A stretch of 64,000 bases of DNA from positions 116,128,001-116,192,000 of the forward strand of contig NC_058373.1 in NCBI RefSeq assembly GCF_018350175.1. The letters run 5' to 3'. The position numbers and the translations under genes were made by a program. The notes beneath the pieces were generated by a model. It was not told the origin of the DNA and ran no database searches. It worked only from the letters and a program-made list of their open reading frames with translations. Below, one piece after another: positions 13,830 through 23,883 of the stretch (position 1 is its first letter; each line of letters opens with the position of its first letter). This DNA is from Felis catus (lineage: Eukaryota).

Positions 13830-14228
13830 GGAGCGGCCGATCCATAGGGTGCGGGGCTGCCGCCGCCCGCAGGAACCGCCGCCGCCTATTGTTCATGCGG
13901 CTCCGCAGAGCTGGGGGGACCCCCCCTCCCCCGACGGCGGCCGCAGGTAGGGCCCGGGCTGGCGGGGCGGGGAGAGCCGGCTCGCTGGGGCTGGCGCGGA
14001 GCGGCGACAAGTGCGCCGAGCGCGAGTGCTCACCGCGGCATGGGGGCGCGGCGGGCCCGAGCCCCCGCCTTCGCGCTCGCCCCCCCGGGGCGGCCTGGCC
14101 ACCTCCGCCGCGGGTACCTGCTCGCGCAGCCGGTGCCCGCCGCCGCCCGCTGGCCGCCGCTCCCCTTTCCGCGCCGCGCCCCGCCCCCAGCGCCGCCCGC
14201 ACGCCCGGGACCACCTGACGCGGACCTG

Positions 14229-14556
14229 GCTCCGCCCCAGCCCTGCGGACCCGAAGGGGCGGGGCCGCCCGGCACCGGACCCACCCCCCACACGCCAACC
14301 CGCCCTCCCATTGGCCGCGGCCGACCGTCCGCAGGTTCCTCCCGCCTGCCACCCGCCCGCCCCTCTCCACCCCCGGCGCCTACGTGTCCCTCCCCCGAGG
14401 CCCCGCCCCCTTTTGCGGGCTCTCATTCTCAACCCCAGGTCGACCCATTTCCCTCTCCCATTGGCCCGCGGCGGCTCCAACCATTGGTCCGCGCTACCTG
14501 TCCATTTCTTGCGAGAGTTCAACACCTCCTGGCTGGAGGAGCTGCGGCCTCATTGG
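14229..14556 (-). promoter_or_regulatory. TATA-less promoter elements: four CCAAT boxes and several GC boxes
   Basis: ATTGG (CCAAT on minus) at 14310, 14460, 14483 and 14552. GGGGCGGGG near 14256, CCGCCC at ~14232 and ~14403. Confidence 0.6.
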
Positions 14557-14931
14557 GTGCATGCGGAGGGATGGGTGGACCCAGAAAGGTAAGGCCGAGC
14601 CTCCATTCAGACCAAAAAGGCTGTGGGAGGCTGCGCCCTTTGTTTGCTGGCGTAGGGCAGTGGCCCCGTTGGCCAGCACCTGTGCTCTTGATCCTAAAGT
14701 GAGCTTTTGAGAGGGAGCAGAGGAAGAGAGCTGGGTTGTACCTCCCCCGCCAGAGCCCTTTCTTCTCTAGCTCCCTCCTGCAGTTGGGTTCTCCCCGTTC
14801 TTGGATGTGCGTCTGCCCCTGTCCAACCAGGTGGATCAGCTTCCGCTCCCAGCCCCACTCCCACCCAGGAAACCTTTAATCTCTATAAGGCCTTTAGGCC
14901 CATTGGAACGTTCTTTAGAAGCACTCTTAAA

Positions 14932-14944
14932 ACTACAGTTCCCG
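14932..14944 (+). promoter_or_regulatory. ACTAYRnnnCCCR (ZNF143/THAP11-associated) motif
   Basis: ACTACAGTTCCCG is an exact match. The core ACAGTTCCCGCC is repeated 20 bp downstream. Confidence 0.5.
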
Positions 14945-16151
14945 CCCTTTTCACACAGTTCCCGCCTTTGTAAGAGATTCCAATCTTTTTAGAATTGGCA
15001 CTTTTTAGAATTCAGAGAGAATGAATGAGAGACCACCTTACTGGGGCTTCAAACTGAGGCCGGAAAGCTCAGTTTGAAAACTATCCGTGAAGAGAGGGCT
15101 TGGCCTCTCTGAAGAGACTCGGTTTTTCTACTTTTGCTCGAATGAATTGCACCTCAGATCATGCTTATCTCTAGAAATCAGATTAAGAACCAAAGTAGAA
15201 TATACACACGGACCAATGCTACAGTTCATGGTCAAGGACCAACCTTTTCCTACATCTTTTTCTTATCCTCCATTTCTCAAACATTAGGAAAGAATGAGGT
15301 AAGTGGCCCTGAATACTTCCTCTTTGTTGTAATCCTATCATAGTAATGTAGATTTCCAAGGAAAAAGTTTTCTGACATTTCAAAACAAGTTAGCGCTAAA
15401 AGGTCCAGCCCAATCTCTACCAAACCGTGTACCCTTTTCCCTGATCAGTGGCACGAGTAAATACAATTTGCTTGGCAAGAGTTGGTGCTTCATTGAGTAT
15501 TTTCCGTTTAGTTTTAGGTGGAGGTTGATTGTTAGACGAGCTGGAGACAGTGGAACAATCTGTAAAGGTAATCAACGCCGCCATCTTCAGCCCTGTCCCA
15601 ACTAGCTGCATGATCGTGGGCAAGTACTTAACACTGTAGTTCAGCCTGCTCATCCTTTAAGTGAGGGGGACCAACCGGAAGATCTGTGTTCTTGTAGGCC
15701 CCACATTCTGTGGTTTTCATAAAAGTATGGCTACACTGTATACCTAGGCATCCCACACATTGGAAGTCTTGGAACTTCTGAAGAGCATCCAGGGTAGGTC
15801 TTGAGGAAGGACTTCTGAGGAAACACCATAAAACAATGTTCAGATTCTTATCTGAACATCGAACTGGAAAAGATATGGATGAGTCCTTGAGTAAATTCGC
15901 TGGGTTTTGTTCAACCTCGAACAAACTATTCCACCTTCAAGCAGAAGAGAAGGAAAGTGGGGGCGGGGGGGGGGGGTAGATGTATTCGGTTTAAAAAAAA
16001 AAAAAAAAGACCATAAGAAAAAAGATTTTTCTTGATCATCTTGGAGGGAAAATAAATTTTTCCTAGACACACACACAGAGAAATAGAAACAGAAACAACT
16101 AGGAAGATAGAAAGCTGTCAGTGGTAGATGTCTTTCAAGTAGTAGGATTTT

Positions 16152-16743
16152 TGACGTGGTTTTGGAGTGGTGGGCATCCGGAGCTGACGGCCAAGAAAGA
16201 ATTCTTGAGACATCTTTGGTGCAAAAAGGTGATGTCATTAAAGCATGGGGACAGGACCCGTGGGCAGAAAGAGCTGCACTGGGGTTCTGATGGGTGACTG
16301 ATTATATACCTTCAGGCTGGGAGGGGGTTAGGGATAGTGAAAGTCTAAGGAATTTTGGATGCAAGGTTTCCAGGACTTTGAGGGGGCTAGCTGTTGTTAG
16401 GAAAATGTTATTTATTATTGTCTAATAAAACTTTAGTCATGAGACCCTTAAGATATATATCAGTGAGGCATATGCTTGGAGGACGATTGCCAACATATAT
16501 CTTGAGGGCGGCAGTAACGATAAAGGAAGTTTCCAAAGGAATTTTTATATGTCAAAGTAGACTTACAGGATTCTGGGAGATCAGGATCACGTTAAGCTAA
16601 GATTCCCTTTTGCCCTTAGCAAAGTGTCATCATCGAGGCAGCTGAGCTCCTAGAGGGAGATCACTCTGCCTGTCTCAAGGACTTGTCAATGGGCTGTAAG
16701 CGGTAAGGGAATTTAATTTTCCATTTGCCTGTTTCCTACCTCA
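16152..16743 (-). mobile_element. Solo ERV LTR (carnivore ERV1-like), ~590 bp
   Basis: TG...CA termini with near 4-bp TSD (TTTT/TTAT) and TATATAA on minus at 16308-16302. The segment 'ggccaagaaagaattcttgagac...ggacaggacccgtgggcagaaagagctgc' is familiar from carnivore LTRs. Confidence 0.7.
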
Positions 16744-17929
16744 TTATGAGTGATTGGGCAATTTTTATTGTCATTTTGTTGATTGGTAATTTTATATGTT
16801 TTACTGTAGCTTTTTTGATCTCCGCTCTTCTCCCCCACCCCCACCCAGAGAAGAGGAAAAAAAAAGATCCTTGATCCCTCTCAGTAGGAAAAGTCTAACT
16901 CCTTATATAATTTAAATCTTTAATACGTAGCATGTGTTTAGGACTTCATGAAGAGTCATTCATCAAACATTTCAAGAAGTCATTCAGTAAATATTTGTCC
17001 AATGGATAAGTGCTAGAAATTCAAATGAGGGAAGATCCTTTGGGTTCAAGTTGTGGAGCAGGGTTTCATGGAAGACGTGGAACTAAAGCCAGTCCTGGAG
17101 GGGTAGAGGGTGGAGCAGGGAAGAACCCACACCCAGGAAAAACAGGAGAGTAAGGGCCCAGCCACAGAGGCGGGAATGGAATGAGTAGGCTCGTCTGAAT
17201 GGAATAAAGGATGAGAAGGAACTGAAAATAGGTTGAGACCAGATTCTAGAGAACCTTGTAATTGCTTGAATCATACTAATAATTATTTAGTTGATTATTT
17301 GTAATTATTTAATGTCCAGTTTGTTCACCATCAGGATAGAAACCCGTCTGTCTGGTTCTCTACAGTTCGCCCAGCACCTCAAGAGTGCCTAGCACATAAC
17401 TGGCTCTCAGTACCTATTTGTGACTGAATGGCTACCTTGAATACCAAGCTAAGAAGCCTGGCTTCTGTTTAGCAGTTAAAAGGCTATCACTGAAAGCTTT
17501 TGCACAGAGCTGTGAGGTGATGAAATGTCTCCGTCACCTAGGACTAAGAGATGAGGAATGCGTAAGGAGGTGCTTAAGGTGGGCACTGAAGGATGTATGC
17601 AGCTTGATAATGGAGACTAGAAAGCATGGACGAGGAAATCAACGTAATAGACAGCAGCGGCACAAAATACCAGCCTGCAAAGAGGAGAGAGTGCAGAAAG
17701 GGAGTTGTGGGAAGTGAAATTGACCAACTAAAAAACGGGCAGATGGCAAAAGACTTTGAAAGCCGGGTGGAATTACCAAGATTTTACCATTGTTAAGTTC
17801 TTGAGGAGAGGTTGACAAATATCACCCAGAAAAGGACCATTTTCTCCACCATACTGAAAAGTATAGCATAAAGCGGGGAGACAATAATAGCGATCAGCGA
17901 TGCAAGTTGGCACCAGACTTCTGTCAGAT

Positions 17930-18125
17930 CATGATTTATCCTAGCTCTGTTCATTAAAAACTGTGTGACTTTGGGCAAGGTGCCTGTCTGAGCCTCAGTT
18001 TCCTCATTGTTAAATAGGTATAACAATAGAAACTCCTTTTTCTAGACGCTTATAGGATTAAATGAGACCAGTCATACAAAAGCTCTCAGCATGCTGCTTA
18101 GCGCCCACTAAATATTCAGCATGTT
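17930..18125 (+). mobile_element. MIR fragment
   Basis: MIR core 'tgtgtgactttgggcaag...ctgagcctcagtttcctcat'. Confidence 0.7.
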
Positions 18126-18470
18126 TACTTCCTTCTTTGCTCCACTCATCACCCTCAGAAACAGCCTTTCATCACACCCAAGGAAACTGCAGAGGCTTCC
18201 TGACTGGGAGTTCAACTATGGTTTTTCCGTCTAAAAAAGAGAAGGGAGGCAAAAGGAAGAAGAGAGAAGGGAGGAAGGATGGGAGAAAAGAAGGAAGGGA
18301 GGAGGGATGGAGGTAGGGAGTAAACAGAAGGGGAAAAAAAGCAGACTGATGGTTAAGTCTGGGGCCTTGGACTCTGACAGAATCCATACTCACTGTTTGC
18401 CATTAGGCAAGTTAATCTCCCAGTGTCGCAGATCCCTCTTTAGGAAAATGGGGATGATAATACTTCTCTC

Positions 18471-18683
18471 GGGGCACCTGGGTGGCTCTATACGTTGAGC
18501 GTCTGACTCTTGATTTCAGCTCAGGTCATGATTTCACAGTTTGTGGGACTGAGCCCCACAATCTGTGCTGTCTGTGGTGACAGCGCAGAGCCTGCTTGGG
18601 ATTCTCTCTCTTCCCCTCTCTTTCTGCCCCTCCACCCGCACTCTCTTCTCTCTCAAAAAAAAAAAAAAAAAAAAAAAAAAAAA
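18471..18683 (+). mobile_element. Can-SINE next to a MIR remnant
   Basis: GGGGCACCTGGGTGGCTC head, CT-rich body and long poly-A. Confidence 0.92.
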
Positions 18684-18811
18684 CATAACATGTACTTATT
18701 TGCTGATCAAAGAAGTATGTTATTATAAATGATTATGAAAACATTTAATGATGTGGAAATGTGCCTAATATAATGATAAATGAAAAATGAGTAAAAAAAA
18801 ACCCTTTATAC

Positions 18812-19426
18812 TGTTAAAAACATGACAGCAGACCCCAAATGGAGTCACTTATGCTAAGCCCTGTGTCACCAAGTTGAGACTTATTTACAGTTTCGGCCTC
18901 TCCCAGAAATGGAGTCTTTTTTTTTTTTTTAATTTTTTTTTTCAACGTTTATTTTATTTTTTGGGACAGAGAGAGACAGAGCATGAACGGGGGAGGGGCA
19001 GAGAGAGAGGGAGACACAGAATCGGAAACAGGCTCCAGGCTCTGAGCCATCAGCCCAGAGCCCGACGCGGGGCTCGAACTCACGGACCGCGAAGTCGGAC
19101 GCTTAACCGACTGCGCCACCCAGGCGCCCCCAGAAATGGAGTCTTAATCTGGTCAATGCGAATCACCCAGTCAGCACTCGTGAGGTCATCTGCCTGATAG
19201 ACACTGGCCATGCCCTAAAGGAAAGTGATTTTGCTATAACCAATCCACTTGTTGTCCAATTAACTTCCTTGTTTCTGCTTCTTCCGCCTGTAAAAGTCTT
19301 CCGTTTTGCGCAGCTCCCGAGAGCTCCTTTCTGTCTGCGAGGTGGGATGCTACCCAATTCGTGAATCGTTGGATAAAGCCAATAAGATCTGTAAAACCTA
19401 CTCGGGTTGAATTTTGTTCTTTAACA
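18812..19426 (+). mobile_element. Solo ERV1 LTR (MER34-like) with nested SINE
   Basis: TGTTAAA...TTTAACA inverted termini and perfect 4-bp TSD ATAC (18808-18811, 19427-19430). Homologous to the LTR at 38031. Confidence 0.85.
18919..19130 (-). mobile_element. Young Can-SINE (SINEC_Fc-like) with a 17-nt internal deletion
   Basis: 15-bp TSD CAGAAATGGAGTCTT at 18904-18918 and 19131-19145. Confidence 0.95.
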
Positions 19427-20674
19427 ATACAACGTGATCACAAATGTGTGTGTGCGCGTGCATTTGCATAGTATCAACATCTTCTTAGTTATTTCTGAGC
19501 TGCGTGGTGGGATGTGGGTAACTTGTATTGCCTTCGCTTTGCTTTTCTTTATTTTCCAGGCAGCCAAAATAACCATGTAACACTTTTGTGATTAGAATAA
19601 AGACCCACAAAATCTTTTTTTTTTTTTTTTTTGTAATCGGAAGTAAATTTCAAGCCAAAAGCACTATTGTTAGTTGGAGAGAGGGTAGAGGAGGGGAAAA
19701 ACTAGAACCCAAGGATGACTGTAATAATGATGTTAATAACAACAGTGACAATGGCTACTATGCATTTAGGGCTGACTGTGTGCCATGCACTGTTCACAAT
19801 CTGTTTTATCTGTCAGAGTCTTTAACGGCTGTTTCAAGCAAACAAAAAGGTCCTAGAATATAAACAGTCCAGTACTTCCCTAGCCTTCCTACCTCCTGGA
19901 GGGAACATTCTTGGTTATGTGCAGACAGGTACGTGGCTACTTACTTTTAGAACTAATTTAGGATAGCTATGGCCTCACCTAACACTGGCATAGACTTCTT
20001 TTGTTTTACAGCTTTTCAGCTTGTTCTTTAAATCACACTGGTGACAAAGATTTAGCTGAAATTTCCACTCTCCGTTTTGCTTTTGAGATTTATGCCGTCT
20101 TATCTAAAAAAAAAAAATCCATTTAATGATTTCTGTTGTTATTGAAACAAACCAGAGAGATGTGATGAATGAGCAGCTCTCACAATTGTCCATGAAAAAT
20201 GTATTTTACGACAGGCGGGCTGTTTAGTCACAGGCTTGGCACAGCAACACCCTCTTAGAGACGGTGGTAGACAACTGTGCCACCGTGTGGTATTGAGGGG
20301 TATGGAGGCAAATTTTTTCTTTTTCTTTTTTTTAATGACTTTAAGACTTTTACACTTTAAGTGCGGAAACTAACCTTACTGGCCACTGGGTGGAGCTCTC
20401 TCTATTTGTTGTGGAAACTAAGACCCAGACAAGTGTTCTCCACCTGGGCTTGAAAGCTTGAACCCAAATCTTCAGACCCTCTTCAGACCCTTTCTTGCCA
20501 AACAGCTACTTCCAGTTCTAGATGTTCACCCAAGGATGTCTTCATGTCAACTTCGGGGAAGTTCAGAGCCACCTAGTGCCGACTCAGTCTTAACATCCAA
20601 GGAAACCGAAGCCTAGAGAGGCTAAATGACTTGCTAAAGGATCCACAGCTAATGTTGTGTCCCTTGTTTATTAT

Positions 20675-21930
20675 TCCATTCACTCATTTACTCACCAAAT
20701 ATTTAGACATGTGTCTACTATGTGTCAGGTGCTGTTCAAGGCACTGGAGATACAATAGTGAGGAAAATAGACAAAAATCCCTTCATACATCTTATCTTCT
20801 AACGGGAGAAACAGACAAACAAGATAAACAAGCAAAATACATAATATATAGTATTAAAGAGGAATCAATGCTAAGAAGAAGAAAAGGTGGGCTGGGGAGT
20901 GGGGGGAGAGGGGTCACATTTCAGAGTGACCAGACTAGGTCACTTTCACAAGGTGACTTTTGAAATAAAGATCTGAAGGAACTGAGAAAAACAGCCATAC
21001 TGATATGGGAGGAGAACATTCAGGCAGAGGAAACAACCTAGCAGGAGTGAGAATTTCAGGCTAGGAGGAGGTAGGAGATAGAGGTCATGGGGGAGCCAGA
21101 TCATGTGGGACTTTCAGGTCAAAGAAGGACCTGGGCTTTTACTTTGAGTGACATGGGAGCCACTTGGGGGTTTTCAGCAGAGGAGTGGTGTGGTCTGACT
21201 CAGGACAGAAGCACCAGGGCTTCCAGGCTCACAGTGGGCTGCAGAAAACAAGGGCAGAGACAGACAAGGAGGCTCGTCAGTGATCCTGGCAAGTGACTAC
21301 GGCAGGTTGGGACAAGGGAGGTGACAGTGGTATGGTAAAAGGTGGCCCCACACTAACCAAAGAGGCAGCGTCCCCAACCCCTGACCCTCTCCTTTTCCTG
21401 ACACACGAGATTATTTTATTAAAAAGCTCAAAGGAGGGGTGCCTGGGTGGCTCGGTCGATTAAGCGTCCAACTTCGGCTCAGGTCATGATCTCGCAGTTT
21501 GTGAGTTCAAGCCCCATGTCAAGCTCTGTGCTGACAGCTCGGACAGAGCCTGGAGCCTGCTTTCGATTCTGTGTCTCCCCGTCTCTCTGCCCTGCCCCAG
21601 CTCATTCTCTGTCTCTGTCTCTCAAAAATGAATAAATGTGGAAAAATTAAAAAAAAAACTCAAAGAAAAAAAAAAAAAGAAGAAGGTGGCCTCAATTTTA
21701 AAATCAATCTAGCTTTGCTGATGGGTCAGAAGGGGTATGAAAGAGGAATCAAGGATGACACCAAGGGGTCTTTGGCCTGAGCAGATAGGATCATAGCATT
21801 GTCATTACTGGAGATTGGGAGCGCACCTCAGCAGTGTGCTGTTAGACCTACCGAGTGTGAGGTCACTACTCCATACCCCAGGGGATAGGTCAGGTGGGCA
21901 GTCCATTACATATGTCTGGAGTTCGGCCAA
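20675..21930 (-). mobile_element. L2 LINE remnant (interrupted by a SINE)
   Basis: 'cattcactcattt...aaatattt...ctactatgtgtcagg' is the reverse complement of the L2 3' end, followed by a purine-rich L2 body. Confidence 0.6.
21436..21652 (+). mobile_element. Can-SINE
   Basis: Full head/body/tail with degraded TSD AAAAA(G/A)CTCAAAG. Confidence 0.92.
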
Positions 21931-22007
21931 GGATCATTAAATGGTAACAGTCACTCAATAAAAACATCACTTCCATAAGGTGACTAGGGAAAAAAAAAAC
22001 AAAAAAC

Positions 22008-22240
22008 GGGGCGCCTGGGTGGCTCAGTCGGTTAAATGTCTAACTCTTGATTTTGACTCATGTCATGATGTCAGGGTCTTGGGATTGAGCCCTATGTCAG
22101 GGCTCTGCACTGAGAATGGAGCCTGCTTGAGATTCTCTCTCCCTGTCTTTCTGCCCCTCTCCCTTGCATGCTCTCTAAATAAAATAAAATAAAATAGAGT
22201 AGAATAGAATAAAATAAAATAATAAAACAAAACAAAATAA
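22008..22240 (+). mobile_element. Can-SINE (older) with (TAAAA/TAGAA)n tail
   Basis: GGGGCGCCTGGGTGGCTCAGTCGGTTAA head. Confidence 0.9.
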
Positions 22241-22292
22241 GGGTACCATAATGACTAGAAAACCTCCAGGCCCAAATTATACAATACTTCCT

Positions 22293-22525
22293 ATTTTATT
22301 TTATTTTTTTAATTTTTTTTTCAACGTTTATTTATTTTTTGGGACAGAGAGAGACAGAGCATGAACGGGGGAGGGGCAGAGAGAGAGGGAGACACAGAAT
22401 CGGAAACAGGCTCCAGGCTCCGAGCCATCAGCCCAGAGCCTGACTCGGGGCTCGAACTCACGGACCGCGAGATCGTGACCTGGCTGAAGTCGGACGCTTA
22501 ACCGACTGTGCCACCCAGGCGCCCC
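22293..22525 (-). mobile_element. Young Can-SINE (SINEC_Fc-like)
   Basis: Near identical to the 6352-6577 copy. Confidence 0.95.
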
Positions 22526-23102
22526 ATTCTTTTTTTTTTTTTTTTTTTCAACGACAGCTGTTAACCTTTTGCTCACAGACATGAGACATGAGTCTCCTGA
22601 CACCTGTTAGGCCTTTAGGAGGATGGTTGCGTGTTTCCTGGGTTAAGGGATGAAGCCTCCGTGAGGCCAGCAGGAGCCCCAGAGGGCTGCCCCGCCAGGC
22701 CTGTGAAACAGGAGGAAAGCTATCCTGTGCTTCCTGTTTTACTAAAGGTAGAGGAGATCCCAGTGTTAGGACTTCCCTTCCTTTGCTTCCTTGGATTTCG
22801 TCGTGCACCGGTCAGGTGCGGTTGCTTGCAGCTGTGTGGTCTGTTTCTTTGCTATTGTGTTACCTGCCCTTGACACGCCCACAATAGCTCTGTACATGGG
22901 AGGACTGACATTGTTTGCGTAGTCTCCTCTCTTGGAGACAAGGGCAAGGGTGGCAGAGTGACTGAGCGCTTCTTGAGTACCAGGCAGTAGTTTAGGAGCT
23001 GATCCACATGCCCTCACTTAGTATACAAAGACCAGATGTGCCACTGATTGTAATGACAACTGACCTTCAAACAGTGGTTTGCAGTTCCAAAGACACTTCT
23101 AT

Positions 23103-23266
23103 GGAGGCGCCTGGGTGGCTCCGTCGGTGAGCATCGGTCATGAGCTCATGGTTCGTGAGTTCCAGCCCCGCGTCAGGCTCTGTGCTGACAGCTCAGAGCC
23201 TGGAGTCTGCTTCGGATTTTGTCTCTCTCTGTCTCTCTCTGCCCTTCCCCCGCTCGTGCTCTGTCT
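23103..23266 (+). mobile_element. Can-SINE lacking a tail, followed by a MIR remnant
   Basis: Head plus body; no poly-A seen. Confidence 0.8.
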
Positions 23267-23390
23267 GAATCCCACTTCTGCTATGACTCGCTGTGTGGTC
23301 TGGGACAATTTACTTAAATTCGCTGTTAAGCCTCTTTCTTCAACTGCAAAACGGGGATAAAAAAAATCATACCTATTTCCTAAAGTGTTT

Positions 23391-23577
23391 TTTTTTTTTA
23401 AGTTTATTTATTTTGAGGGGAGGAGGGGCAGAGAGAGGGAGAGAAAGAATCTGAAGCAGGCTTTGCACTGTGAGCACAGAGCCTGACGTGGGGCTCGATT
23501 CCACAAACTGTGAGATCATAACCTGAGCCGAGATATAGGGTCGGATGCTTAACCAACTGAGCCACCCAGGTGCCCCC
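23391..23577 (-). mobile_element. Can-SINE
   Basis: Flanked by TAAAGTGTTTT repeats. Confidence 0.9.
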
Positions 23578-23654
23578 TTAAAGTGTTTTCTTAAGAGCTT
23601 CGCTGAGGTATAATCAATACAAAAAGAACTACACACATTCAATGTGTACAGTTT

Positions 23655-23883
23655 AAAAAAATTTTTTTTAATGTTTATTCATTTTTTGAGAGGCAGAGAG
23701 AGAGAGAGAGACAGAGCATGAGTGGGGGAGGAACAGAGACAGAGGGAGACACAGAATCCAAAGCAGGCTCCAGGCTCTGAACTGAGAGCACAGAGCCCGA
23801 CGGGGGGCTCGAACTCACAAACCGTGAGATCATGACCTGAGCCGAAGTCGGACGCTCCACCGACTGAGCCACCCAGGCGCCCC
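23655..23883 (-). mobile_element. Can-SINE inserted in an old L1 3' remnant
   Basis: 16-bp TSD TCAATGTGTACAGTTT at 23639-23654 and 23884-23899. Confidence 0.93.

Larger units (their letters stand above)
13200..14650. promoter_or_regulatory. CpG island spanning the MAP3K9 promoter, 5'UTR and exon 1
   Basis: Very GC- and CpG-rich relative to the flanks, and overlaps the start codon. Boundaries are approximate. Confidence 0.92.

Noticed and set aside
13220..14702. Long plus- and minus-strand ORFs (332, 220, 210, 193 aa) over the CpG island
   Set aside because: Pro/Arg/Gly/Ala-rich with no domain. Expected from stop-codon scarcity in very GC-rich DNA overlapping MAP3K9 exon 1.
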